Assembly: GCA_007135335.1 (NCBI GenBank) | Contig: SLJB01000188.1 | Location: 1-53,408, forward strand | Source: Balneolaceae bacterium | GTDB taxonomy: Bacteria > Bacteroidota > Rhodothermia > Balneolales > Balneolaceae | Length of the DNA stretch: 53,408 bases | Direction: 5' to 3' | Program-made: the position numbers and the translations under genes | Notes under the pieces: model-generated | Database searches by the model: none | What the model saw: only the letters and a program-made list of their open reading frames with translations | What the model was told of the DNA's origin: nothing | Shown here: positions 9,583 to 20,027 of the stretch, in pieces | Layout: every line of letters starts with the position of its first letter | Position numbering within the stretch: the stretch's first letter is position 1

Positions 9583-10674
9583 TTAAAACCGAAAGCCAAG
9601 TACAAACGCCATATAGACGTGTTTTTCACCCTCACTGAATTCTCCCTTCTGCAAATCTGAGAAAGATAAAGCGCCTCTTGCTTGTGCCTGCAGAGTGGTG
9701 TCTCCAACTTTAAAATCAACACCGGCACCGCCTATCCAGCCAAAATCAACATCCCGGGTGGAATCATCCAGGTCGCGGCGGCTGCCATTTTCACGCACTC
9801 GTTCGGCACTCACCATAAATGCCACGTAGGGTCCAAATAATACATGTGGTGAAATTCCATAGTCCAGACTATAACTGAATTTCCCTATGGCAGGTACTTC
9901 AATATAATCAAACTCAATAGCCACACCATCAAACCGGGCACTTGGATTATCAAATCCTTTTTGAGTGTAGTGAACCCCGGTCTGCACAGATGGTGTGATG
10001 TTAAAGGGCAAACGATAGGGTAAATCGGCAGTAATGGAGAAACCGAATGTCATTCCGCTTCGGGTGTCTCTGTTAAATGAAGCATTATACAAATTGGAAT
10101 AACTCACCCCGGCCTGCACACCGAACGTAACCGGTAACATAGCCCTGCTTCTCTCTGCAGTTCGGGGAGGAGCCGCCGGCTCGGAAATTTCTGGAACATC
10201 TTCTGCGTGTTCATACGGTTCCTCTTCCGGCACTTCTGTTGTTACGATATCCGCCAGAGTTCTTACCTCGTCTTGCGTTGCAAATCTTAGTGATAGCAGT
10301 ACGTCCCTGCCATTCACATCCGGATATGCATTCGCAACAAAGTACTCACCTTCAGCAAAATAGATATCCATACCAATACCACTGAGCAGATTGTAAAGAT
10401 CAATGTTTTCGATTTGAGAGGGAAATTGAACAGGAATCATCTGTTCTGTATTCAGATCCATGGAAAACAGCACCATTTCTACCCTGTTCTCATCCGGCTG
10501 GGAAACCCTGAATGAATCGGGTAATTGAGTAAGATGATATCTCACAACGAATCCCAGTCCGTCTGCCCGTTCAGTAGTTGAAATGCGCTGCAGTTCAACC
10601 TGTGCATGTAATGGCACTGCCCCTGCCAATAGTAGAAGAAGTGCTGTGATGATTCCTGTGCTGTAAAACCTCAT
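9583..10674 (-). CDS. Outer-membrane beta-barrel (porin/PorT-like) protein with an extra N-terminal domain
   Basis: Signal peptide (..PLHA-QV), an acidic Pro-rich linker, then amphipathic strands FGVQAGVSYS, YTQKG, DYIEVP, GPYVAF and DFGWIGGAG, ending LGFRF. Confidence 0.75.
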   Translation of the reverse strand: MRFYSTGIITALLLLLAGAVPLHAQVELQRISTTERADGLGFVVRYHLTQLPDSFRVSQPDENRVEMVLFSMDLNTEQMIPVQFPSQIENIDLYNLLSGIGMDIYFAEGEYFVANAYPDVNGRDVLLSLRFATQDEVRTLADIVTTEVPEEEPYEHAEDVPEISEPAAPPRTAERSRAMLPVTFGVQAGVSYSNLYNASFNRDTRSGMTFGFSITADLPYRLPFNITPSVQTGVHYTQKGFDNPSARFDGVAIEFDYIEVPAIGKFSYSLDYGISPHVLFGPYVAFMVSAERVRENGSRRDLDDSTRDVDFGWIGGAGVDFKVGDTTLQAQARGALSFSDLQKGEFSEGEKHVYMAFVLGFRF

Positions 10675-10756
10675 GAATTTTTAAAAATCAAAAAGATGAA
10701 TGGTTTGAACTTCATAATATCTGCAAAATATCAGATACTTTTTAAAGACTGTTTTT

Positions 10757-13579
10757 TTATTCAAGTACATCTCTCAGAAAACGGCCGGTGTGGCTCTCCT
10801 CAATGCCGGCAATCTCTTCAGGAGTTCCCATACCCACAATTTTACCGCCACGAAAACCGCCTTCAGGCCCAATGTCAATAATCCAGTCGGCCGATTTCAT
10901 GACATCCAGATTGTGCTCAATAATAATCACGGAGTGGCCATTTTCCACCAGCTCATTAAACGATTTGAGCAGCTTTGAAATATCTTCAAAATGAAGGCCC
11001 GTAGTTGGCTCATCAAAAAAGTAGAGTGTTTTATCCGTACCGGTTTTCGACAAAAATTTCGCAAGTTTTACACGCTGTGCTTCACCACCCGAAAGAGTTG
11101 TTGCACTTTGTCCCAGTCTGAGATACCCCAAACCTACATTTTCCATGGGCTGTAACTTCTTCACGATGGATGCCTCATCTACAAAAAATTCAATGGCATC
11201 GCTGATGTTCATCTCAAGCACATCATAAATGTTTTTACCGCGATATTTTATCTGCAGAATATCTTTCCTGAACCTTGTGCCGTTGCACTCTTCACAAACC
11301 AGTTCAATATCTGCCATAAACTGCATCTCGATTTTCTGGACGCCTTCGCCCTGGCATGCCTCGCAACGCCCGCCCGGCACATTGAATGAAAAATGACCGG
11401 GTGTATATCCCATAATTTTAGATTGACGGGTATGTGCAAAAAGATCACGGATTCCGTCGAATGCTTTTGTATAGGTAGCAGGGTTTGACCGCGTTGAGCG
11501 CCCGATTGGGCTTTGATCCACCATCTCAACCGATTCAATATTTCGGATACCGGTAATTCCTCTGTTTCTGCCAACTTTCTCTTTCCATGTACCCAGTCTT
11601 TTTTGAATGGATGCATACAGTGTGTCATGAACCAGGGTTGATTTCCCGGAACCGGACACGCCTGTTACACACACCAGTTTCCCGAGCGGAAATTCAACAT
11701 CAATATTCTTCAGATTATGTTCGGTAGCACCTTCAACCAAGATTGATTTTCCGTTACCTTTCCGGCGTTTTTCAGGAACGGGAATCTCTTTTTTCCCGCT
11801 CAGATACTTTCCGGTTAATGTTGCCGATTTAAGAAGTCCTTCAAAAGGGCCACTATACATCACCTCGCCGCCATGTGTACCGGCAAATGGCCCGATATCA
11901 ATAATGTTATCCGCCGCTTTCATCATTTCGGGATCGTGCTCCACAATCAGCACGGTGTTACCGATATCCCGCAGCGATTTCAGAATATTTATCAGCCGGT
12001 CATTATCCCGCGGATGAAGACCTATAGTGGGCTCGTCCAGTACATACAAACTCCCAATGAGCGAACTGCCCAGCGAGTTTGCAAGGTTTATTCTCTGCGA
12101 TTCGCCGCCGCTCAATGTATTTGTAAGCCGATCCAGTGTAAGGTAATCGAGCCCAACCTCATCAAGATACTTCAGGCGTTTTCTGATTTCGTAGAGAATT
12201 TGGCCGGCCACCGATTTTTCAAACTCTGTGAGTGCAAGATTCTCAAAAAACTCGCGGGCATAACCTATGGTCATCTCCGTAACTTCACCGATGTGAAGCT
12301 CGCCGATTTTCACATAAAGAGCATCGCGGCGAACACGGTACCCCTCACATTCCGGGCACCGGCTGTATCCGCGATATCGTGAGTAGAGAACACGCATGTG
12401 AACTTTATAAAACTGGCTTTTTACCTCCTCAAAAAATCCGTGGATGCCGGAATATCCCTCTTTTCCATACCATAAAATGCGTTTCGCCCCTTTACTAAGC
12501 GCCTTATAGGGAACATCAATCGGTATCTGCTCTTTCGCAGCTATCCGCACAAAGTCTCTCAAATATGAACTGAACTTTGGCGAATCAAAAGGAGCAACTG
12601 CACCGGCTCTAATCGATTTGTCATGATCCGGAATCACCAGATCCTCATCAATACCTGACACACGCCCGAATCCTTCGCACGAATCGCATGCACCATAGGG
12701 ATTGTTGAATGAAAACATTTGAGGTGTTGGCTCCAGATATTCCACACCACCCTGTTCAAACCGTTCGCTAAATTGCAGCTCTTTACCCTCTCGCAGTTTA
12801 ATTGTGCAACGGCCATTCCCCTCCCGAAATGCGGTTTCGATGGATTCGGCAATCCGGCTTCGGGTGGCGTCATCTTTTTTGATGGCAAGCCGATCTACGA
12901 GCACCCTGTATGTTTCCGGGGTGATCTGTTCCGGGATAATTTCATCCCGCGTAAGGTCTGTAATATCTTCGCTTTCAATGTGTAATAACCGCGGCAACCC
13001 CTTCTCTTTCAGAATATCCAGCTGATCACCAATATTTCTGCCATCCCGCATTTGCAGCGGAAACAGTACATAAAAACGGGTTTTTTCTTCGTAATTCTCA
13101 AACAATTCATTGATGATACTCCCCGGGTTATCCTTTTTAACTTCCTTCCCCGATACCGGTGATATGGTTTTCCCGATCCTTGCAAAGAGCAGTCTCACAT
13201 AATCGTAAATCTCGGTTGAGGTGCCCACGGTAGAGCGCGGATTGCTGCTGGTTGTTTTCTGCTGAATGGCCATTGCAGGGGATATACCATGCATATGATC
13301 CACATCGGGTTTGTCCATCCGTTCAAGAAACTGCCGTGCATAGCTGGACAGACTCTCCACATAGCGGCGCTGGCCTTCAGCGTAAATGGTATCGAATGCA
13401 AGGCTCGACTTACCGGAACCCGAAACACCTGTGATGACTGTCAGCTTGTTCCTGGGTATTTCAACATCAATATTCTTGAGATTATGAACCCGAGCCCCTT
13501 TTATAACAATAGGCCTTCCTGCAGCGGATGAACCTCTTTTTTGATCGGAATTTGTTGTGGATTGAGTGGTTTCGGGCAT
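10757..13579 (-). CDS. uvrA: Excinuclease ABC subunit A
   Basis: [11 protein letters not shown], two Walker A motifs [20 protein letters not shown], two LSGGE signatures and [15 protein letters not shown]. Confidence 0.97.
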   Translation of the reverse strand: MPETTQSTTNSDQKRGSSAAGRPIVIKGARVHNLKNIDVEIPRNKLTVITGVSGSGKSSLAFDTIYAEGQRRYVESLSSYARQFLERMDKPDVDHMHGISPAMAIQQKTTSSNPRSTVGTSTEIYDYVRLLFARIGKTISPVSGKEVKKDNPGSIINELFENYEEKTRFYVLFPLQMRDGRNIGDQLDILKEKGLPRLLHIESEDITDLTRDEIIPEQITPETYRVLVDRLAIKKDDATRSRIAESIETAFREGNGRCTIKLREGKELQFSERFEQGGVEYLEPTPQMFSFNNPYGACDSCEGFGRVSGIDEDLVIPDHDKSIRAGAVAPFDSPKFSSYLRDFVRIAAKEQIPIDVPYKALSKGAKRILWYGKEGYSGIHGFFEEVKSQFYKVHMRVLYSRYRGYSRCPECEGYRVRRDALYVKIGELHIGEVTEMTIGYAREFFENLALTEFEKSVAGQILYEIRKRLKYLDEVGLDYLTLDRLTNTLSGGESQRINLANSLGSSLIGSLYVLDEPTIGLHPRDNDRLINILKSLRDIGNTVLIVEHDPEMMKAADNIIDIGPFAGTHGGEVMYSGPFEGLLKSATLTGKYLSGKKEIPVPEKRRKGNGKSILVEGATEHNLKNIDVEFPLGKLVCVTGVSGSGKSTLVHDTLYASIQKRLGTWKEKVGRNRGITGIRNIESVEMVDQSPIGRSTRSNPATYTKAFDGIRDLFAHTRQSKIMGYTPGHFSFNVPGGRCEACQGEGVQKIEMQFMADIELVCEECNGTRFRKDILQIKYRGKNIYDVLEMNISDAIEFFVDEASIVKKLQPMENVGLGYLRLGQSATTLSGGEAQRVKLAKFLSKTGTDKTLYFFDEPTTGLHFEDISKLLKSFNELVENGHSVIIIEHNLDVMKSADWIIDIGPEGGFRGGKIVGMGTPEEIAGIEESHTGRFLRDVLE

Positions 13580-14031
13580 GATTTTTTACTGAATTCAAAT
13601 CAAGAAAAATACAAAAAAACACAGCATGGAATGAGAATTTTCGCACGGGTTGATTAATCAGAACAGATGGCATCGTCAAGACGTTCTTCGCTTGTTTACA
13701 TTCACCAACTCGTCGATTGTTTCCATCTAACTTCAGACATCATCAATACCCTGGAAAGCCACTATTCAAACTATTTGTATGTCTTAAAAGATCTCTTTTG
13801 GCAATAAACCTGAAAACAGTAAACATCTCTTCACTTGTTGGTGCGTCCATTTGCAATTCGTTGTCCATTCTTATTTTTGTTGCATTCAGCGCTTATGATA
13901 TTTCAGATAGAAATTTTTCAGAAAGAGATAATCTTCTCATATTGATGTATACGAAAATACATCTATCAGTCTTATTTGATACATTTCAATAACGTACATT
14001 TCAACAAATCAATTATTTTGGGTGACTTTCT

Positions 14032-15126
14032 ATGGCTGATTTTATTTCAAGAAGAAGTTTTCTGATCCGTTCAGGATCTGCAATCGCAGTATCATCATTT
14101 GGATTCCCGTCTATTATTATACCGCGAAAAAAAGAGAAGCTGGGTGTGGCACTTGTGGGTTTGGGAAACTACAGCACAAATCAGCTTGCTCCCGGTTTGT
14201 TGCAAACAAGGCATTGTGAACTTCGCGGAATTGTAACCGGCTCGCCCGAAAAGATTCCCGTTTGGCAGGAGCGCTATGGAATTGCTGACCGCAATGTATA
14301 TAACTATGAAACCATGCACACCCTAGCCGATAACGACGAAATTGACATTGTTTATATAGTATTGCCAAATCACCTTCACGCAAAATATTCGATCATCGGG
14401 GCTGAAGCCGGCAAACATGTATGGTGTGAAAAGCCAATGGCAATGAATGCAGAAGAGTGCCTCACCATGATTGATGCAGCTGAAAAAAACCGCGTGCAGC
14501 TCACAGTCGGATACAGAATGCAGCATGAACCCAATACGAAAACCATTATTCGCTATGGCGCAGAGCAGAAATTCGGACGGATCAAAGAAATTGAATCGGC
14601 CGGCGGATTTAATGGCAATTTTCCTGAAGGGAACTGGCGTACAATTGCAGCCAAAGGAGGGGGTGCAATGTTTGATATGGGTGTTTATCCGCTGAACGCA
14701 GCGCGTTACTCAACCGGTTTGGAGCCGGTTGCCGTTCGGGCCACTCAGCACACAGACAGGCCGGAAATGTTTCCTGATGTAGATGAGCACACCAACTTTG
14801 AGCTGGAATTTCCGGGTGGAATTGTTGCCAGATGTGAAACCAGCTTTGGTAAAAATATGAATCATCTGCACGTTAGTTGTACTGATGGATGGTATCGTCT
14901 TGAGCCGTTTTTATCCTACACAGATGTGCAGGGAGAGGCGAGTGACGGCACTCAGCTTCCACCTGACACCGCTCATCAGCAGGCAAGACAGATGGATAAT
15001 GATACACTCGCAATCATAGAAAACAAACCACCTGTTGTACCGGGAGAAGAGGGTTTGGCAGACATGCGCGTGGTTGATGCAATTTTTAAATCAGCTTCTG
15101 AAAATGGAAGAAGAGTAGAAATTTAG
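14032..15126 (+). CDS. Gfo/Idh/MocA oxidoreductase (glucose-fructose oxidoreductase-like), Tat-exported
   Basis: Twin-arginine motif SRRSFL, ALVGLGNY, GKHVWCEKPMA and GGGAMFDMGVY. Confidence 0.9.
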   Translation: MADFISRRSFLIRSGSAIAVSSFGFPSIIIPRKKEKLGVALVGLGNYSTNQLAPGLLQTRHCELRGIVTGSPEKIPVWQERYGIADRNVYNYETMHTLADNDEIDIVYIVLPNHLHAKYSIIGAEAGKHVWCEKPMAMNAEECLTMIDAAEKNRVQLTVGYRMQHEPNTKTIIRYGAEQKFGRIKEIESAGGFNGNFPEGNWRTIAAKGGGAMFDMGVYPLNAARYSTGLEPVAVRATQHTDRPEMFPDVDEHTNFELEFPGGIVARCETSFGKNMNHLHVSCTDGWYRLEPFLSYTDVQGEASDGTQLPPDTAHQQARQMDNDTLAIIENKPPVVPGEEGLADMRVVDAIFKSASENGRRVEI

Positions 15127-15143
15127 GATGTTATATAAACCGG

Positions 15144-15168
15144 GAGAGTCCCGCAATACGGAACTCTC
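15144..15168 (-). terminator. Hairpin between the convergent oxidoreductase and carbonic anhydrase genes
   Basis: Minus-strand GAGAGTTCCG-TATTG-CGGGACTCTC forms a 10-bp stem with one G-U pair. No clear U-tract. Confidence 0.35.
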
Positions 15169-15253
15169 TACATAGTTATGAATTTTCCTGAAATTGCTTA
15201 CTTGCTACGGAATGAGTTCCTGGAAACTGGTATTGCCCGGTGGTGATCGGGTG

Positions 15254-15970
15254 TCAAAAAAACTCCACTCTTCCGGTGCTGATGTTATACATACCACCCG
15301 CAATCAGCAGTTTGCCATCCTGTTCAAGCTCTCTGAGTACCGGACTTTCATCTCGAATCTGTTTGATGGCAAGTTTTACATACTCCATGGCCAGATGGTC
15401 TACAAAGGCAATGTTATCCGGATGAGCCTCGCCATCAAAAGATTGCTTTGCCCCTGATTCAGCAACTTTAATTTTATTCACCAATTCTGTTAAATGGCCA
15501 AATTCCACGCTATCTGCCGCACCTTTTACAGCGCCGCATCGAGTGTGGCCCATTACAAAAATCAGTTTGGCTCCTGAAATACTTGTGGCAAACTCCATGC
15601 CTCCGAGCACATCGCTGTTAATCACATTCCCGGCTAATCTTGTACTGAACAGTTCTCCAATCCGTGCATCAAAAATAGTTTCAACAGGAACGCGGCTGTC
15701 TATACAACTGTGTACAATGGCATAGGGTGTCTGCTTTTCTGATGTAGCAGAGACCTCCTTTACAAATTTTCTTCTTCTTAAATTACCCTCAACAAACCGC
15801 CTGTTGCCATCTTTAAATGCCTTCAGTACTTCGTCAGGTTTCATGTTCGATCTTCTCTCGTCAGTGAGCAGGTCATCACTATCTTCATCGTTTTCAGCCC
15901 TGGTGCTGATATTCATCACACCTAAAAGTCCTATGGATAGAAAAAGGATATTAAGAATACCGAAAATCAT
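15254..15970 (-). CDS. Beta-class carbonic anhydrase
   Basis: GNRRFV, Zn ligands CIDSR and HTRCGA, and RLAGNV. The hydrophobic N-terminus may be an anchor or signal; start uncertain. Confidence 0.93.
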   Translation of the reverse strand: MIFGILNILFLSIGLLGVMNISTRAENDEDSDDLLTDERRSNMKPDEVLKAFKDGNRRFVEGNLRRRKFVKEVSATSEKQTPYAIVHSCIDSRVPVETIFDARIGELFSTRLAGNVINSDVLGGMEFATSISGAKLIFVMGHTRCGAVKGAADSVEFGHLTELVNKIKVAESGAKQSFDGEAHPDNIAFVDHLAMEYVKLAIKQIRDESPVLRELEQDGKLLIAGGMYNISTGRVEFF

Positions 15971-16060
15971 ATATTTCGTTTTTTGGGTTTTGGTTAGCAG
16001 ATTGTTGACAAAAAGCTGCTTTAAGAACTTGCAGATGCTTGAAGGACTTTTGGTTCATTT

Positions 16061-16121
16061 AAAAATAAAAAGCTTTCTGCCGATTTCAGAATGAATCTAT
16101 AGATCAATCAGCAGAAAGTTT
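16061..16121 (-). terminator. Probable intrinsic terminator after the amidohydrolase pair
   Basis: Imperfect inverted repeat (CTTTCTGCCGATT / AATCAGCAGAAAG) followed on the minus strand by a T-rich run. Confidence 0.45.
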
Positions 16122-16153
16122 CAGTGATGGGGTCCGGCTTTTGTAATTTTGGT

Positions 16154-17392
16154 CTAATCCAGTGTGTGCACCAAATTTCCGTTGATAATTACAGCTTCTG
16201 TATTGGTGAGATATTCAAACGGATCTCCATCAAACAGAACCACATCGGCATCTTTCCCTGCTTCAAGAGAACCAACTCTATCTTCAATCCCGAGAACAGA
16301 AGCGGCACCTAATGTTAGGGCATATAAAGCTTTCTCCATTCCAAGCCCGTTTGCAGCGGCAATGGCAGCTTCAAATTTTGCTACACGGCTTTTTGGCACA
16401 TAGCCTTCAAATCCGCTTTGAAATACAACCGGGATACCGGCTTCATGCAGTTTGGCAGCTGTTTCAAAACTTGAATTTTTAGCTTCCCCAAACGGGCGGA
16501 TCATCTTCGGGTGAATAATAACCGGCACACCTGCTTCCTTCAATTCATCAATTACCAGATACGCCTCTGAGGCACCTTCAAGAACCATCGGGAAACCAAA
16601 TTCACGCTGAATGCGCAATGCAGTAATTATATCACTCGCAGTATGCGCTGAAACAAGGGCTTTGATTTTCCCCTCAAGCAGATCTGCCAGAGATTCCATT
16701 TTAAGATCGCGGCTGTTTACTTCACCCGCTGCACGATTTTCTGAGTAGGTTTGCGCCCGGATCAGATCCTGCCGTAAAACTGCCACTGCTTTTGATCGTG
16801 TACCCGGTGAACTGAAGTTACTACGTATACTTGATCCAAGCGTCACAGCAAGCATCGTGGTGGAATCCACAAGAGCTTCATCCACAGTACTGCCTGTAGT
16901 TTTTACAATCATGGTTTGTCCGCTGATGACCGCTCCGGGTCCATGGCCGGTATGTACGGTTGTAATTCCTTCTCCACGCAAATAGCTTACCAGAAATTCT
17001 CTTGCATTGTATGAGTCGATAGCACGAAGTTCAGGCTGAACCGCATTTGAGGTTTCAAGCTGATCCTGATCGTGATTCTGATTATAATAACCTGCCAGGC
17101 CAACCACTGACCGTGCATCAATCAACCCGGGAGTTACAATCTTTGCTTCGTGAACTTCGTAAGCATCCGGTATTGTAATACGATCGGCTGAGCCAACGCT
17201 CTCAATCACTCCATTGTTAATGAGAACAACACCATTTGGGATTGGGTCGCCGGCCATGGTGTACACCACTTCTCCTTTAACTGCAATTTGCGCATTCGAT
17301 GTACTGCTCAATCCTGCAAAAATGCAGATCGAAAATGCCAGTGAGAGTATTCCTTTCATATATGTGATTTTTAATGCTCTGAATTTCATCAT
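16154..17392 (-). CDS. Amidohydrolase-family protein, exported, metal ligands degenerate
   Basis: Signal peptide. PGLIDARS replaces PGxIDxHxH, and the C-terminal GSLEAGKDADVVLFDGDP motif is present. The start overlaps the upstream stop (TGATG). Confidence 0.85.
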   Translation of the reverse strand: MMKFRALKITYMKGILSLAFSICIFAGLSSTSNAQIAVKGEVVYTMAGDPIPNGVVLINNGVIESVGSADRITIPDAYEVHEAKIVTPGLIDARSVVGLAGYYNQNHDQDQLETSNAVQPELRAIDSYNAREFLVSYLRGEGITTVHTGHGPGAVISGQTMIVKTTGSTVDEALVDSTTMLAVTLGSSIRSNFSSPGTRSKAVAVLRQDLIRAQTYSENRAAGEVNSRDLKMESLADLLEGKIKALVSAHTASDIITALRIQREFGFPMVLEGASEAYLVIDELKEAGVPVIIHPKMIRPFGEAKNSSFETAAKLHEAGIPVVFQSGFEGYVPKSRVAKFEAAIAAANGLGMEKALYALTLGAASVLGIEDRVGSLEAGKDADVVLFDGDPFEYLTNTEAVIINGNLVHTLD

Positions 17393-18696
17393 CAGTGTCC
17401 CTCCAGGTGAATGTGTGAGTTGGCAGAAGCCCGGAAAATTTCGTACCCGCCTACAGCATAATCACGATCTTCGGGGTTCTCCCGGTCCCAGATTTTTTCG
17501 CCTTCAATCCAGGTCTGCTCCACATGGGTGTACACACTAAAGGGATCACCTGAAAGGATTAGAAAATCAGCATCTTTACCCGGCTCCAGGGAGCCCACGC
17601 GATCTTCAATATCCATCATTCTGGCGCCGGCAATAGTGAGTGCTTCAAGAGCTGCTTCTCGGCTCATTCCTTCGCGAATGGCCTGTGCGGCAGAGCGAAT
17701 CAAAAAGCGAGAATCCACAATGGGATCATCCGAATGAAATGCCACAGGAGCACCGGCTTTTTCAAGTTCACGGCCATTAATATTCAGCAGATTAATCGCT
17801 TCCATTTTGCCGCCCGGCGAATCAAGAGTTATTATTGACGAACCCAATACCGATGATTTGGCAATCTCTTCAGCCACTTTCCAGCCTTCACTTACATGCT
17901 GCAGAACCATCCTGTAGCCGAACTCTTCAGACAGGCGAATTGCGGTAAGAATATCATCATGACGGTGGGTGTGGTTATGCACAATCCGCTTTCCTTCTAA
18001 CACTTCAACCAGTGTTTCCATTTGCAGATCCCGTGAAGGCATCTCATCCGGATTTCCATTAGCTGCATCAACTTTAGCTTTGTATTCCTGCGCTTTCACA
18101 AACAGTTCACGTGCCAGAGCAGCAGATTTTGCCCTTGTGGATGGTGACCCATCTGCCCTGAGAGGATTGGTGCCGTTTGCCATTTTGAGACCGCCGTAAA
18201 TTCCGTTTTCTTCATCTACTATAATCAACATCTCTTCAATGGTGTTAGCAGGCCTGGTTTTTACGTACACGGTCTGTCCGCTCATCAGCAAACCTGAACC
18301 GGGCATAATATTTACTGAGGTAACTCCGCCGGATGCTGCCTTACGAAATGTTTTACTTCGCGGATCTATGGTATCAAGAATGCGAACATCAGGATGGAGA
18401 GCTGCAGAGCGATCGCCGCCGTCACCTTCACCAATGTGAGAGTGGGTGTCAACAATACCGGGCATAATCACTTTACCTGATGCATCAATACGCTCAGCGT
18501 TCGCCGGGATGGATACACTGCCCGCCTCGCCAACTGCTGTTATTTTTCCATTTTCAACCACAAGCACACCATTTGATATGGTTTCGCCCGTGATGGTTAT
18601 TATCTCTGCCCCTTCAAATGCATGGGGCCTCTCCTGTGCAAACAGGGAGGAGGTCATGCAAATTATTAAAAGAACAGCTTTTAAAGCTATTTTCAT
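17392..18696 (-). CDS. Amidohydrolase-family metallohydrolase, exported
   Basis: Signal peptide (SLFA-QE), PGIVDTHSH, KMANG, HNHTHR, LQHVSE, FHSDDP and GSLEPGKDADF. Confidence 0.9.
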   Translation of the reverse strand: MKIALKAVLLIICMTSSLFAQERPHAFEGAEIITITGETISNGVLVVENGKITAVGEAGSVSIPANAERIDASGKVIMPGIVDTHSHIGEGDGGDRSAALHPDVRILDTIDPRSKTFRKAASGGVTSVNIMPGSGLLMSGQTVYVKTRPANTIEEMLIIVDEENGIYGGLKMANGTNPLRADGSPSTRAKSAALARELFVKAQEYKAKVDAANGNPDEMPSRDLQMETLVEVLEGKRIVHNHTHRHDDILTAIRLSEEFGYRMVLQHVSEGWKVAEEIAKSSVLGSSIITLDSPGGKMEAINLLNINGRELEKAGAPVAFHSDDPIVDSRFLIRSAAQAIREGMSREAALEALTIAGARMMDIEDRVGSLEPGKDADFLILSGDPFSVYTHVEQTWIEGEKIWDRENPEDRDYAVGGYEIFRASANSHIHLEGH

Positions 18697-18881
18697 CGGT
18701 ATTCCTGGTTTGGTTTAGTTGGTTTGAAAGAATTGAAGTAACATACTTATTCGGATTTAGTTTGTAAAAAGAATTATATACTGATATCTGTTCCTATCAT
18801 ATTAACAATTTGCCGGCAAGCAGACTCCATCATCCATTCAGAAGAAATCAAGCACTTTTTGTTCGAAATAGAGCTCTTTAT

Positions 18882-19940
18882 TTATGCCGGTTTAATAACT
18901 GCACGGCCGGTTATTTCACCCTTTTTCACTTTATCCAGGAGTTTATCAGCCGCTTCAAGGCCGTACGTTTCTACGGGAATAGATTTCAGCTTTTTTCCCC
19001 TTACAATATCTATCAGCTCTCTTAACTCATCCAGTCCGCCGGTGTATGATCCACGGATGGTAAGATTTTTTAGTGTAGCTACGGGATTTGAAAATGTAAG
19101 TTTTCCGCCAAATAAGCCTACCATAACCATAACCCCATTTTTTTGGAGCATACTGAATGCTGCTGCAGACGTCTGCCCGTTATTAACAAAATCAACAATA
19201 GCGGATGCACCTTTTTGATCTGTCAGCTCCATAACCCTGCTTACCGCATCCTCCTTTTTCGAGTTTACAGTAACATACTCACCCAGTTCTTTTGCAGATT
19301 TCAGTTTGCTGTCATCCACATCTATCACAACAACCTTTGCAGCAGTTAGCTCATGTACCACCTGCATTGCCATTAAACCAAGCCCTCCCGCCCCGATAAT
19401 TACCAGGGTTTCACCCGCTTCAAGCGGCATTGTTTTTTTGAGTGCGCTATACGCTGTAAGTCCTGCACAGGCGTAAGAACAGGCATTTTCAGGTTTCAAA
19501 CCGTCAATATCCACGAGGTACTTTTCATCCGGAACGAGAATATAATCGCTGTAGCCTCCATTCCGAAACACACCCAAAGAATCAGGGGAGAGACACATGT
19601 GCATACGATCGTTTTTGCAATATTTGCAATCACCGCAACCCACCCATGGGTAGACCAGACGCAGATCCCCTTTTTCAACTCCTTTCACGTCATCACCTGT
19701 TTTTTCAACAGTGCCTACAACTTCATGCCCAAGCGTTAATGGCAGATTAACTCCGCGTTCTGCTATGTACATACGCTCGTCGTCCCCAAGTTCGTAGTAT
19801 CCTTCCCATATATGCAGATCGGAATGGCATACACCACAGGCATCTACTTTCAGAAGTACTTCTCTGCCTTTTGGAACAGGCGTATCGAGATGTGCCCATT
19901 TTAAAGGTTTACCGAATTCTGCAAGTTGTAAGCTTTTCAT
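18882..19940 (-). CDS. Zn-dependent alcohol dehydrogenase, 6-hydroxyhexanoate dehydrogenase (ChnD)-like
   Basis: GVCHSDLHIWEGYYELG, LPLTLGHE, VYPWVGCGDCKYC..C and GAGGLG. The WEGYYxLG insertion is typical of the ChnD-like MDR subgroup (recalled, not searched). Confidence 0.88.
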   Translation of the reverse strand: MKSLQLAEFGKPLKWAHLDTPVPKGREVLLKVDACGVCHSDLHIWEGYYELGDDERMYIAERGVNLPLTLGHEVVGTVEKTGDDVKGVEKGDLRLVYPWVGCGDCKYCKNDRMHMCLSPDSLGVFRNGGYSDYILVPDEKYLVDIDGLKPENACSYACAGLTAYSALKKTMPLEAGETLVIIGAGGLGLMAMQVVHELTAAKVVVIDVDDSKLKSAKELGEYVTVNSKKEDAVSRVMELTDQKGASAIVDFVNNGQTSAAAFSMLQKNGVMVMVGLFGGKLTFSNPVATLKNLTIRGSYTGGLDELRELIDIVRGKKLKSIPVETYGLEAADKLLDKVKKGEITGRAVIKPA

Positions 19941-20027
19941 AACATCTTTTTTGTTGATTATAAATTTAGCATCGATATACGTTGAGAATCTGTGAACTCT
20001 TAACGAATGATCGAAATATCCGCGGAT

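Noticed and set aside
13630-13992. ORF-track entries and short minus-strand fragments between uvrA and the oxidoreductase (possible pseudogene, sRNA or LexA box)
   Set aside because: The fragments are interrupted by stops and match no family I recognise. I saw no convincing SOS-box palindrome.
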